The notes under the pieces are model-generated. The model worked only from the letters and a program-made list of their open reading frames with translations, was not told the origin of the DNA and searched no databases. DNA of 57,051 bases, counting the filler, from Sphacelaria rigidula (Eukaryota), in assembly GCA_964200075.2 (NCBI GenBank). It is 5 parts of 5 records of this genome, joined end to end, with 100 filler letters (N's around TTAATTAATTAA, not from the genome) between each part and the next. Parts side by side here need not be neighbours in the genome. Positions count along the whole stretch, not along the records: positions 1 to 11,331 come from CAXNAA020005050.1; positions 11,432 to 22,762 come from CAXNAA020005051.1; positions 22,863 to 34,192 come from CAXNAA020005052.1; 2 more parts are not named here. One strand, 5' to 3'. This document shows positions 10,426-23,125 of the stretch, piece by piece. Both the position numbers and the translations under genes were made by a program. The first letter of the stretch is position 1. Each line of letters begins with the position of its first letter.

Positions 10426-11246
10426 TAGGGTGGACGTGTGTAAGCACGATATATAGCACTGTCCTGTACGATATTGTACAGTCCAGTATATACAGCACCA
10501 AACCGCGTGCTTATTCTCGTTGTGATCGTCATATCAAAGTAGATGCATGAAAAAAATGTTTTGCGGTTTTCGTTCTATTATTTGTCGACCACATGGGCTA
10601 CGGGGTTTTGAGAACCTGTATCAGTACGAGAAGGGCCAGCCTAAAAACGGATTTAAGCTCTAAAAGCAATATCTCATCGACGCAGACGAGTTGGGCCGTG
10701 ATACGCATATTGCATTTATCGTCTAATCAAGGGGAAGGTACTCATCTGCTCAATAGTTTGGGCCCATATTTTCTCGTTGATTAAACCCCATGTCTAGTAA
10801 TTTCTATACCAAAGGGAGGTAGCGCCAATACCTTGCCAAAACTAGAATCTTTATGAAACTCCCGATCGATGCATTCAGTGGATGACGAATTTTGGTGTGG
10901 AGAACCACCAAAGAGTGCCGAATAATATAAAAAAATGGGCGTTCATTTTTATTTTTTTCAATAGAGGTTAGGGCGTTTTCATGAAATAATTGTCTTTACC
11001 ATGGCAAAATGCCCTAAACCAGTGAAAAAATGGAAAAAAATCAACCTGGCCCATTTGTGTTGTTGAATATACCTTAGAGACCGCCCATACCAAATTTCAA
11101 TCCACGAAAACCAAACGTGGGCCGGTGAGTGGCCTGCAAAATACTGTTCCGAGTTTATACCGACCCGGTTTTTGATAGGCCCATGTCCTTTTATACATTT
11201 AGAGTTGGAACCTGAAATTTGGTATGGACAGTGCATAGGGCATAAA

Positions 11247-11331
11247 GACTGCTGCCGAGATAGCCCCCCCCCAAACCGGCCGAAAACGTGCACGGAGGCG
11301 ATGATCATAACTGCCGTTAAAGCTGGTTTCG
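11247..11331. mobile_element. MITE family B, left half, cut by the contig end
   Basis: TIR gactgctgccgagatagccccccc; last 29 bp match 22863-22891 with one mismatch. Confidence 0.7.
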
Positions 11332-11431
11332 NNNNNNNNNNNNNNNNNNNNNNNNNNNNNNNNNNNNNNNNNNNNTTAATTAATTAANNNNNNNNNNNNN
11401 NNNNNNNNNNNNNNNNNNNNNNNNNNNNNNN
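11332..11431. other. Artificial contig spacer
   Basis: N44-TTAATTAATTAA-N44, a six-frame stop linker. Confidence 0.98.
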
Positions 11432-12630
11432 GCCGTATACAGTAGTGTGGGTTTTTACGCTCGCCAACTCTTGATGCAGCCCACCGAAACAGTGCACTAC
11501 TCTAATTTCAAGTATAATAGTGCGCGACTCTAAGTTCAAGTATACTAATGTGACGTATTGGTGCACCGACCTCAACTGAGGTTTTTCACAGATTCTACTG
11601 ACAAAAATCACATGTATAGGAGTTTGTACAGTTTTGCGAGAGTTTCGTCGATGCACACAATTGGACACACATCGCCCGTCCCGTGATATCATTGGACAAG
11701 CCCCACCGGACCGTTCCGGGATTTCATTTTCGGTACATCCATGACGTGTGCGTCTAGGTTGGTCTTCCACAGTGAAGATGGTTGCCGTCGGTCTTTTCTG
11801 TTTCCATCTTTTCTTCTTTGTCAGGGCTTCTAATAATGAGGCGTCTGGCCCAGGGACGGGAGGGGAGGGTTCCCAAAGGGTTAATAAAAAACACTCAAAT
11901 GGAGTAAAAAAATTCTGGAAAGGTTATAATCGACCAAGTGATAAGACATTACTGAAAAAAGGTGGACCCGTGCAGATGGAATTAATTACAAGAATTGTGG
12001 GACACCATCAGGACGGGTCCCTACATGCAGAACCGGATTCCTCATTATCGTATTAGAGGAGGTGGGAGATTGTGTGTAAGATTTACCGAGACGGGCGATC
12101 GATCATGTCCATGGCGAAGCATGATCTTTTCCCGTGTGGTTCAGGTGGTCTATAAGCATTTCAAGTGATGAGTCTGGAGCACCTCTCTCTGCACTCTGTA
12201 CAGTGAGCTGCGGCACGACAGAAGCACTTCTCGTAGCAAGAAGCAACGACTTGGTTTGGGAGGAAACCCCTCGTTTTTGCTTCAGACCATTCATATTCGG
12301 ACCTTCCCGGGGCTTCCTATTCCACAGGACCCCCAAACCCAGCAGTTTGTCTCGAACTGGCAACGATTCGATATTTTGCCACTACACAAAAATGTGCCTC
12401 TAGCCTCTTTAGCACCTTCCCCCCTCGGGGGGATCTCGGCGCCTTGTGTTCGAGACTAGGTCGTGGTTAGCCTTGGTGTTGGATGAAAATCAAACATATT
12501 CAGCTGTCGCCAGGTTTGCGTCAACCCCTCTACTGGAAACGCCTGCATCTATTGCGACGGCAAAATCTGAAGCCAATTTTGAGGCCGTGTCTGATGCAGA
12601 CGAAAGAGAAGAAGCGAAAAGAGGAACCAA

Positions 12631-12987
12631 AGAACGGGCGCCCCGGTGGCTCAGTTTTTGACTTCGAAATCTTGTTACGGTAGGGTCGTGGGTTCGACTG
12701 TCGGAGTGGAATGGGATTTTCCCCCACAGAGTGCCCAACCCCGACAGTGGAGAACGACCGTGTCGTGAATACACAAAATTTAACTCAATAGTCGACGAGG
12801 ACTAGGCACGACCGCACCCCTCTCGCGATGAAAAACAAAGGCAAGAAATGCCGAAGGACGGTGGAAAATGAGAAGAAGAAAAAAAAACATGTGTTTACCT
12901 TCCTCGGTGACACCGGCTGGTACGCTCACGTATACCAAAAGTTGCAGACCGACATCCAGAATAAAGGGGAGGTGAACATACACACAC
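12631..12987 (+). mobile_element. tRNA-derived SINE, full length
   Basis: Head gcgccccggtggctcagt (A box) and gtgggttcgact (B box); CA-repeat tail; probable TSD gaggaac(c)aa at 12621 and 12988; homologous to 51833-52200 and 56711-56905. Confidence 0.78.
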
Positions 12988-13099
12988 GAGGAACAATCAT
13001 GTTGACTTTTCTTCACGTTGGCAGTACAAAAGCCACATTTTGATTACACAAGCCCGTCGACCTAGTTCCTCTGAGACGTGTTCGTTCGTACTTTTTTCT

Positions 13100-13370
13100 T
13101 TCTCGCACGTTGAACTCCTCCCCTTCCTCGGGACGGGTCCCTGGTCTCTAGGGATCGTCCAATCTCTCTCCGGTACACGCCTTGCATTTTGGTATCGCGG
13201 ATTGGGTCGGCACTCCCGCACCGCATCTACAGTACTCACACCAAATAAACTCAGTCGACTACTTTAATTACTGACATTTTCACGCGTTTCGCGGTGAAAA
13301 TCAAATATTTACGAAGAAAAAACTCAATGCATGAGGAATCGAATCCTCGTCCTCTCCACCCTCATGACTA
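13100..13370 (-). mobile_element. Related SINE subfamily copy, tail-to-tail with the previous SINE
   Basis: Shared core gccttgcattttggtatcgcg...ggtcggcactccc; B-box-like gaggattcgattcc on the minus strand. Confidence 0.45.
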
Positions 13371-15564
13371 TAGTCGGACCATAATGATGATAACAAACAA
13401 CAAATAACAAAATACAAGAGGGTTCCCGCTAGAGTGCGGTCACGCATGTACGACCGAATGCACTTTGGCTAGACCTGTACGGTGGCCAAGGTATAAAATG
13501 CCGTGTTGTCGCTTTTACACTCATTATATTCCATTGTCCATGCTAGCAAAAACTTAACAGCGCACATACCACCCTCCACACGCCCGTTTCAGGGTCAGCA
13601 GAAGACACGGCATACTGTAGCACAATGTCAACGGGGACAAGAAACGGGACGGGTCAAATTTCGAATTCTGCCAGGATTCTGCTTCAAATTATGTATTTTC
13701 CTTCGCCACGAACCATCTCGACGCATTGCGCCTCAGACAACATTGTGGCATACAGGCCATGCAAAGTGTAGTGAAAGCTAGTAGAACAGCCATCATGGCA
13801 GCGCATACTTGACTGACTGTAGCCCAAAACGTGCTGTATAATTCGATCCAGTTCTATGTTCTTCTGGAGACGAAGTGTGAAGGCAAGGCATGGCGAATTT
13901 GGCGGCTTGGGGAGATGGAACGAGTACTTTTTCAGGACAGTCCCCTCTGTGGAGGAAAGTAAAAGTACGTACACCATCTGAACGGACAGTACGGTGGGTC
14001 CTGCAGTATATAGAACAGTATGGTGTAGCATCGAACAGCCGGCGTGGGACGTGGGACACCGCTCAGGTGCCGACTGAATTGCACGATGCTTATATCATGC
14101 ATCGTCAATCGTGCTCGAAGTGTCCATGAAATCGGTGCACACTCTGCAGTGGGGATACTGTACATGAACTACAAGACTCCAATGGCTGTTTGGTCATTAC
14201 CGTTGGCTGTTGTGAATCTAGCGACACTTTAATGACGTCTTCGCGATGTGAGCTGGATGGGGACCGCAGAGGTCGAGTTAATCGGAGGTCGCGGGATAAT
14301 GTCAAAATGGTTCATCCTTCTCTTTACGTAGATCTACAGAAAGTTGTGAGGGCGAAGCATTTGAATCTCGACTCCAGTCGATGGGTTGCATCCAACGCCA
14401 AACCCCGTATTGGTTTGCTGATCTACAGTTTCGGCTCATCTTTGGGAAGTGGGGTCGTGTGAAAGGGTGGGTGAGCAGTGATAAACAACAGTCGGTACAT
14501 TTTCGTACGGTAAAACTGCGGATCCGCACTAATTTCAATATTTCCGTAGAATGTATGACAGTACAGTACGGTGGCGCAGCGAAGTATGGATTACAGATCA
14601 CACATCGAAGCCGCGTTAGCCCTACATGCACGGCTTTTTGATGTTTGCCCCAGCGCTTCACCGGGATTCATGGCGACTTCGAAATTGCGTACGATTATCG
14701 ATACCCGATCAGCCGAGCTGCAGCCCACATGGGCATTGTGTAGCCCGAAAATAGCCGCACTTGAGTAAACACCATTTTCGGGTATATCAGACAGTGTGGG
14801 CAGTACACCTTGGTGCAGTCCACAAACGTCTGTACAGCAGTCGAGTGGCGCAAAGTGGAGACGACACGGGAATACGACCTGTACAGCACAACTCCACTGG
14901 AAAGTGATTCCGTTAGAGACCATGGGCTTTACCAGGTGCTCAGTGCGACAGAAGGCAGGTCGCGCGCACTATTACATGTCCTCGCCGTAAGCAGTAGTCG
15001 TGTCATAGATCTGCCAGAGTTTGAGATTGTTCTTCGATCTCGAGGAACAATACCGACAAACTTAACCATCAGTCCGGGCTTGCACAGTTTCTGTCAGGTA
15101 CCAGCCCATTATTTTCTCAGAGAGCGAGCTCTCATGGAGCACACTACGCATGCACCCCACTCGAAGAGGGTCGTCCCCACTCAAACTCACCACCTCAAAA
15201 TCCGAACTATTTCAATGTGCATGACATGTGTGTGTGTAGATGCACGCGATGTGTCTCGAAAAGTGTTTCAACAGAGTCATGTTTACCATGGTCAGGGCAC
15301 CGCAGGGTGAAACCCGAGGTCCTACGCACAAGACCCAGAACATCACAAGGGTTCGACAAAACGTGCTCACACTCAAGAAAACAAAAGGCCGATGAAGTGA
15401 AATTCCAGCTCCTCATCTGGACAGATTTCCGATCAATGCATTTGGTCACCTTCACCCCTGCGCCCCCCGCACCACACCCCCCCCCCCCCCCCCCCCCCCC
15501 CCCCNNNNNNNNNNATTTCCATTCCTCATCTTCATCTATTTCCCTCTCCTTCCTTTTTTCTCCC

Positions 15565-15604
<40 letters not shown>

Positions 15605-15628
15605 TATTCCCCAAACCCTCGTGCTCAC

Positions 15629-15954
15629 CCTGTCTCTTCGTCAACCTCTTCCGTTCCATTCATTGGCACCAGCGGCGAGTTGTCTGCTTGACTGTGAATG
15701 TCGCTCAAAGTCACACAGCCCCCCTCTCCCGACACGTACAGATGTTCTCCATCACTATCCCATGTGTATTCCACAGAGGGGGAATCCGCGGGGCATTCCG
15801 TGTACTTGGCGGCCACAGTGGAGGTGGTGCAGAGGGTTACGGCGATGCACACCGCTGCTATCGATGCCTTGACGACAGCCGTGGTACCTGCTGCTGCTTT
15901 TGTCCGGTGCTGTCTTCGAGCTGATACTGCATTGTTGCTAGCGACAACAACCAT
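15629..15954 (-). CDS. First coding exon of a secreted mannuronan C-5 epimerase-like protein
   Basis: ATG at 15954; hydrophobic signal-like segment (SIAAVCIAVTLCTTSTVAA); ECPADSPSVEY...HLYVSGEGGCVTLSDI...SPLVP...EETG resembles, from my recall, brown-algal epimerase N-termini; donor GG|GTGAGC. Later exons not found. Confidence 0.62.
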
Positions 15955-18839
15955 TATTGAAAACAAGTACTCGCGAGAGCACACCCGCCTCGAAAAAATC
16001 ACGCCGTCCAGGAAGCAGATTTCAGTATAGACAGAACGATACGTGGAAAATATCGAAGACTTCTGGGAGCGTCGTACATCCAATGTGGCTAAAGTTTACC
16101 GCTGGTCCCCTGTTCTATCGTGAACGCTTGGCACACACAAATACACACAATCACACGTCCGAATCAATTTTAGGCAGTCCGTTCTTGCTTGCTTTCCTTG
16201 GACGGTGCGTGGGAGTATACTGATCAAGACTGTACTTTACCTGTACAGGTACCGTGCGCAAAATGTGATAGGATATAGTATTTCTCTCCTCCTGACAGTT
16301 GATCATTATTCTCAGCGGGATAACATTTACAGCAACGATTCGGGGTTAAAAAATAAAAAAAAATAGTTAATACTTACGGTACTTGTATATTGTCGTGTTC
16401 TTCGAAGCGTAGTTTATTATGAATGTGGAGAAATTCATACCGGGAGCTATACTGGTAGACAACAAATCACGTTAAAACTATGAAGTGCTGGAGTGTGAAA
16501 TAAGTGTTGGAGCAGCGATCCAGTGTGAAATACAGCGAGAAGCGTAGATACCTGATCGCGTACAGTTTGCTCAATTTTTATTTGACTGCGGGTCTGACAT
16601 GTCAAATTTCTTCAGACCGTTGTACTATTTTCAATTTCGCGATTTCAAAAAACACACGCCTCGAGCGCCAGACCAGCAGTGGGGAGTAGAGAGCAGGTTG
16701 AGCGAGAGCTAGTGGGTGGTTGTCGGGGCAGGGTGACATCGGGTGAGAAAAATTTGCACTACTGCAAAGTGTTTGTGTTCGGTACGCATATAGGCAACAG
16801 TGACGGTCGAGCACAAATAGCGAACAGCGCCTCAGGCAAGAAGAGCAGGTTGGGGTTGGAGCAAATCGCGTTTTGACTGGGTGTTCAAGGACTCCGGACG
16901 CAACAAATACAAGGAGCACGAGGAGACTCGTCCTGAAATTGTCCGGGTACGAACAGCATGCCCAGCGCTGTTGCCATACATTCTGGGTGAGTTCAAGTTC
17001 CTCGTGCGTATGAAATGCATGGAAGAGGTATCCCCTAAGACCGGCTGTACGCACGGCGCTGCCTACAGTAGTTGACTGTGCTGTCTGTATCACTGAAGCG
17101 TTCCAATTTGAAAACTTCGAGGATTTATATGGCAGAACAGTAGGAGTTGGTAGAACGTGCACGGGGCAACAGACTACTCGTAGCTTGGTACAAGCCAGCA
17201 TTTTATGAAATACGGTGCAGGCAGTCCCGCGCATCCCATGCAACCGATTGGCTCAGCGGGCTGCAATTCCTGCATTGAGAACGTCAGTGCTGAAGCCCCT
17301 GCTTTGCCACGCCGAGCGTGAATTGGCCTTTTTTGAATGGCGCATGCTTCTGTTGAAAAAAGTTCCAAACAGTAAATTGATGTGCAGAGAGACCCAACTC
17401 GTCCTTGTCGCAGTTCACGTTCAACTACACGACCTGCATCGTGCTGCGCGGTCCCAACACAATCAGCTTTGTACTAGCCTTCGCTGAGTTTCTCCGTCAA
17501 GACTCAAATCACTGCACTCTTGCCTCAGTTTCGACTAACGGTACGATGCACTGGCGCTAGGGCCACTATGCCCTGACGCCCGTGGATGTGTAGCGTACCT
17601 GGGTTTTTCACGTGTTGCACATCACTGTTGCCCTCCGTGTCTCATGCTGTATTCAAATACCAACATACGGGGGATACCACTCCATCCCCCGGACGAACGT
17701 ACGATAGGAGTTCAACGGCGCACGTAGCATCCCCAGGGGAAGTTACTCTAAACGAATACCGTAGATGAAGTTGCTAAATGCCGACGAGATGTTGCTTTCC
17801 TTACATGAAGATTGGGACCTTTACCCCTCGGACGCCGAATATGGATCGTGTCTATAAACCGCAGCAGTGGGAGGCGCGGGGTGTCTGATACAAATGCAAA
17901 CGATTTGGCTGCCGTAGATCCATCACATCTTCAAGCATGAGTTGACGTAACGAATGAAAAGCTACTGCTGGACCCTAGGTGGGGATAAACAGAGTTTCAA
18001 TGGCGCCGTAGGTTTGACAGAATCGACCGCAAGTCACAGAATTGGATATGACGTGGTACAGAATTCGCTTCCAGTAGAGGGAACGTCAACTCGCCTCGAG
18101 GTTAATTTTCTCTCAATGGGCCGCGCACCAGCTGCGCTCCTTCGAACACAGCAGAGAGTTGACGACAAGCGCCCCAACAAAAGAAATAGTGAAATGATGC
18201 CGTTTCTCGGAAGCCCATGGAATGGCACGGTATCGTACGACACAAGAACGACCGTAGGCCATCTCGCTACATTCGTGCGCCGAAAAAAAAACATTTTTTC
18301 GGAACAAAATCAAACCCTTTTTCATCCCGGTGCGCACTGGGGTAACGCGCAACCGCAGATTCAGCGAGATGGAGTTATTCACTGTGATCCATAAATGCCG
18401 CTTTTGGGCGCTTGTCTTGCTCTCCTGTACTTTTTTTCAGCTCGATCAGACATGGAGCTTGTGATTGTTTCTCATGTCGCCTGTCCATGGGGCGAATCAA
18501 GCCCCAGGTGTCGCTTCGTGTTGAGTTCTGGTCATTGAGGTTAGCCAACTTGCTCAAACCATCGAGCAATGATCGCGGAAAGCACGGTCGCGTGTACAGT
18601 GGCGTGCATTAACCTACCCACAGGGGGCTTCCACAAAGGGCTGTCTATTAGCACTTGAGTTTTTTTTTTCCATCGTCGCCATCTGCCAGTTCGAGAGAGA
18701 CCCGTGAGTCAAATTCCGTCGGGACTTTCAGCCAGCAACGTCGGTAGCTCGGTTCCGAAGTACTTCCTCCAGAGCATGGCAGTCGGGTTGGCATCTTCTG
18801 CTCAAAGGGGATATATGTCGTGGCGTCTCTTGCCTCACA

Positions 18840-19230
18840 ATTTGAATTGGGAAAAATGCGTCAGCAGGCATGAACCACCACCTCTCTATCGGTGCCAGAT
18901 TCAGCAGTGTAACACGAGGATGGCGTACGGAAGATACAGCCCACGTGCGCTATGATCTCGTCATGAGTCCGAGCCATAAAAAAATGGTCGCATATGTTGA
19001 CTCGATAAACCCTGGTACATGCCCTCTCCATGTTCGACGGTGTTTTAGCAACCATGGTGGGCAGTGGACACCGACGGCACAGTTCCGTGCTAAGTAGGTC
19101 AGCTGGATATACTGTCTCCCTTGGATGCATTGTGTATTGCGCATCCATCTATGCACTAACCAGCTTTTGCGAAGAGCCGACCACCGTTGATATCTCAAAC
19201 GACCGGTATGTACAATGGGACACCAACGGG
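18840..19230 (+). mobile_element. Possible highly decayed RTE-type LINE RT relic
   Basis: Faint frameshifted resemblance to the ARVRxDD..SE and GCxLxPxLFNxFxA motifs. Confidence 0.22.
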
Positions 19231-19337
19231 GATCCATGAAAACTAGATCAGCGGGTTGTTCTGACGGCACATGTTGTGTGGTCGTCCTCCATTTAATACG
19301 GGTATATACTGCTCGGCGAAAAAACTGCGCCCACACA

Positions 19338-19385
19338 AGGTGTGATGATTCTGTACCTATCAGGTGTGATGATTCTGTACCTATC
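19338..19385. repeat. Perfect 24-bp tandem duplication
   Basis: aggtgtgatgattctgtacctatc twice. Confidence 0.95.
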
Positions 19386-20995
19386 CGTCAACGCTGTGTG
19401 CGGGGCTTTGCTCCCGCGCTCTTGTGGCGGAAGCAGGAGCTGGCGGACACATGTGAAATACACTTGACTGTACACGTACACGCGTGAAGGAAAAGGAGCA
19501 GAGACTCACGCCAAAAATCGTAGTGTGTGTGTGCGTTTCATTCGGAAACCAAGATGAAAACGCACATACATGAAGGCAATGGGAAGCGTCAACAAATCGA
19601 CAGATGTACAGGTTAGTACAGAATTGAACTGAGCAAAGAAGAGCTACAGGGTAGCACGACCCGCCCCGATAGAGGGAAAAAAAACTGCACTGGCAAACCT
19701 CTCTCTGAGTCAAATTGCATGGGCACAGAACGCTCGAATCAGGGAGAATCAATGTGTAGTACGAACGTTTGGCTAAGTAGTACTCCATGTCCAGGCCTTT
19801 TGACCGCGTGTGGTCAATGCTCGAGCATTAGCTTTGTGCCGGACAAGAATATCCCCCGGTCCGCCTCCGCTGCTCCGACGTTCCACCAGCGCCTGCCTGT
19901 GTCTTGGGCCTCCCTCTTTTCCTGTCGATGTCTTGTTCTCTTTTTGTCCATGGTCTGTACCTCAATTTTTTTCTGCGCCCCCTTGATACCTCCACAGTTC
20001 TTTGTTCCTCTGTCACGTTGCCACTTCATTCTTCTCCCTCCCCCTGCCTGTCTTTCCCGCCTCATTGTTTCCAAGTCGTGTCAACACCTGCACACGAAAT
20101 TTTCTTTCTTGAAGCAAGAGTCACGATCAAAGTGCTCTCAGCAACAAGTGAAGAGGTGAAGAATCTTCGATCGGCCGTCGGATATCCCCATCATTACGGT
20201 GCAACGTCTTCTCACAATCCGTGTGGGCAGCAGTATCCTACTTGCCCTGCCTCACAAGTCTGCTCGGTCATATATGCACAGACCCTTACCCATTTCCCAT
20301 TCTGTTTTTTTTATTAATGGAACCCCTTGGCATTTTTCACTTGAAACTACACACATTTTTGGTATTTTTACCCATGCTGCCGAACAACCGGGAAAAGAGC
20401 AGTCGGCCTGAAAAAGCCGCATTTCGTCTCTTTTCTGGGAGCGAAATAATAAAACCCCGGAAAAAATGGCGACAGAAGCCGAAAAAAACTCATTCGTTTT
20501 AGCTTGTTTCTCGCACAGAGGCTGCCTGTGTGTCGTCCAGCAGCGGTTTTGTCACGTTATCTCTTGAGTTCAGCACAGACATGGCAAAATCGATCGAGTT
20601 TGGCTTGGAGCAGACTCGAAGTTGCCAAAACTGGGTCAATTATCATCCGAAATTGTGTGCACAACACGTTCCATTCATTTTACCTTGTTTGATAAGCATC
20701 CCCATAATTTCATCTCTTCACTAATCCTGATTAATATACGACATCGTGACCACCTTTGTTCGGAAGATACGACCTGCACCTCATAAACGAGCAGACTTGT
20801 GGGGGGGAGGAGGATGGGACGCACTCACTTGTCACTTGCCTTGGTCGTTTGGCCGTTGAACTCGCATCCCTTCCGAGACGGGGCCAGCAGACTTTTGGCG
20901 GAGGGGAAGTATCACCCAAGCTATGCAAAATATGGGTAGCCCCCCCCCCCCCCACACACCGTCCGGTCTCTCTTGCTCAATCCTGACACTGCAAT

Positions 20996-21103
20996 ATGAA
21001 TACCCACAGGCGGGCACCAATGCGACGAAAATCAGCGGCAGCAGCGACTCCGGGAAGGCGCGCCAGCGGGCGCACCAGTAACAAAAACAACATGACACGG
21101 AGG
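20996..21103 (+). CDS. Exon 1 of a microcephalin-like BRCT protein (start ATG at 20996 or 21020)
   Basis: Basic leader MRRKSAAAATPGRRASGR; donor AGG|GTGAGT, phase 0, matching the next exon. Confidence 0.6.
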
Positions 21104-21159
21104 GTGAGTTGTTGGTCTCTTGTTTTGGCCATCCTTTCGACTAATACGAAGAGCACTTA

Positions 21160-21473
21160 CGCCGATTTGGCTACAATCTCATCATGGTTGATATTACTTG
21201 ATTCGAGTGTAGACACCGAGATTCGGAACTTTAGTGGGGCTGACATCTCGAGTGTTCCTAGGGTGCGTAGATGGTGTTTTTTGTCTAACTCGGCGCCGCA
21301 GGCGCTGATTCGAAGTCTGCCAACGCACGCTTTGTCTAGGGAACTCCTTGCATCCCTCTTGCCCAAGGATTCTCAGTATGCCTGTGGTGGGGGTTAGGGG
21401 ATCATAGGTACGCTTCGGGCCGAAGAACCTTGGCAAGACGTAGGTCACACCTCGTGATATTCGCCGAACACGT
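21160..21473. mobile_element. Diverged intronic copy of the TA-flanked MITE family
   Basis: Colinear similarity to 52409-52706 (ggctacaa...catg.ttgatattacttgatt...tcggcgcc.ca.gcgc.gatt). Confidence 0.65.
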
Positions 21474-21770
21474 GACGGCGCTTCGCGCTTGGTGATCGAT
21501 CGCGAGCCTGGTCAGGCGAAAATACGGCGGGCTCTGTCCTGGCTCAGTAGGAGATGCGAGGTCGATGGTTTCATGATTCGGCGTGCAATATCATGAGTAC
21601 ACCCCTCCTCCTCCACATCTCCTCTTGCTTGCCTGCCATCGTTCCGCCTGCCCCCTCCATGTTTCCTATTTGTCGAAGTCTTCTCCATGCTTTGCATCCC
21701 CTAATTATCTGGGTATATATGCCACCACATGTGCGTGTGTGCGCTTTGTTTTGTTTTGTTTTTTTGGCAG

Positions 21771-21936
21771 CCGATGTCGGGGGTGGTCGCGTACGTTGAC
21801 GTCTACCTCGACGATGGGTCGGACTTGCGGAAGGAGCTAGGGAGCAGACTTGCGGAGCTGGGCGCAGAAGTGCGCACACGCCTGCCCAAGAACATGGCAA
21901 ACCTGACGCATCTTGTTTGGAAGGACGGCGACGAAG
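21771..21936 (+). CDS. Exon 2: N-terminal BRCT domain, microcephalin (MCPH1)-like
   Basis: PMSGVVAYVDVYLDDGSDLRKELGSRLAELGAEVRTRLPKNMANLTHLVWKDG parallels MCPH1 BRCT1 (VVAYVEV...MGAKV...VTHVIFKDG); polypyrimidine-CAG acceptor and G|GTGAG donor. Confidence 0.82.
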
Positions 21937-22690
21937 GTGAGGGAGGGAGCGTGCTTACGTGCTTACCCACATGCAAAACGGATATTTGACTAAGCGACAA
22001 CTACCATTCTGTTGCCGTCGGCGGTCTGAGACAGACGGCAGAAACAGGGTTGGAAGTCCTTGACGGATGTTAGAGGTGTGTTGTTCTTCGGTGACTGTAG
22101 GTACAATGGCTCTGCAGGACTTGGGTGATCGGACGTGCGGCTTGCGGCATGACGTGCAGTACGCGTTCTTTTGGTGGTGTTGATCACTCGGATTGAACCG
22201 TACGTTGGCTTCATGTTTTGATGTCTTGATCTGGACACTCGATACAAGGTCCGAAATCTTAGTCCATTCACACGCCTTGTTGGAGTAGGTTCACACACAC
22301 ACGCACGCACACCAAGGGCTCCAACCAAGTGTAGTCCATGACCCCCTTTCCCCCCCCCCCCGGAGGCTCTCGATAATAGGGGGAAATTGTGGAATGCCGG
22401 GGCAGAACTGCCAGTGTTTGTACAGTACTTCCTATCGCCATCGATTGCTTGATTATCGCTCTTTATCTGACCCCCAAGGAGTCATGATCCAGCCGTGGTC
22501 ACATGATAGACGTACGTACCCAAGAAGAACAAAACTGAAACACTCGCTGAAGAAAGAAAAGGAAGATCATCTATCATCTGCAGCATTTGGCTGGAACCCC
22601 CTCTACCTTCTCTCACAGCGAGTGTCCCCTCTCCCTCCGACCCCCCGTCCAAGAAATGGACAAGTGACTACGGAGTGTAAGATTAAGAGT

Positions 22691-22744
<54 letters not shown>

Positions 22745-22762
22745 ACCCCCCACCCACCCCCC
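22691..22762. repeat. Long poly-C tract at the contig end (others at ~15476-15504 and ~15565-15604)
   Basis: Direct reading; two of the three tracts directly abut N runs. Confidence 0.9.
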
Positions 22763-22862
22763 NNNNNNNNNNNNNNNNNNNNNNNNNNNNNNNNNNNNNN
22801 NNNNNNTTAATTAATTAANNNNNNNNNNNNNNNNNNNNNNNNNNNNNNNNNNNNNNNNNNNN
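22763..22862. other. Artificial contig spacer
   Basis: N44-TTAATTAATTAA-N44. Confidence 0.98.
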
Positions 22863-23054
22863 GATCATAACTGCCGTTAAAGCTGGCTTCGTGCTGCACG
22901 ACGCGACTGATTTGGGCATTATAGCTGATTTCAGACTGCTACACGCCTCTCATGTGGGCGGAATTGCTGCAAACAAGCACAGTAGTGGGATCGCACCCGG
23001 TTCGTTGGATGGTGCCGGTGCACTTTTTGTGGGGGGGCTATCTCGGCATTAGTC
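22863..23054. mobile_element. MITE family B, right half
   Basis: Ends gggggggctatctcggcattagtc, the inverted match to the TIR at 11247. Confidence 0.7.
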
Positions 23055-23125
23055 AAGGGAAGTACCAGAACCAAGCTGGGAGGGGAGATAAAGATCGCGA
23101 TAAAGGGAGTGCGAAGAGATAGGAC

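Noticed and set aside
11376..11387. TTAATTAATTAA motif recurring about every 11.43 kb
   Set aside because: Assembly linker embedded in N runs
12636..12705. tRNA gene
   Set aside because: Only A/B-box similarity with no full cloverleaf; continues into a SINE body repeated elsewhere
15207..15924. Poly-Pro and poly-Gly ORFs (also 22394-22810)
   Set aside because: Translations of intronic poly-C tracts that run into N gaps
19338..19385. Box C/D snoRNA (GTGATGA motifs)
   Set aside because: Explained by a simple 24-bp duplication; no matching D box with a terminal stem identified
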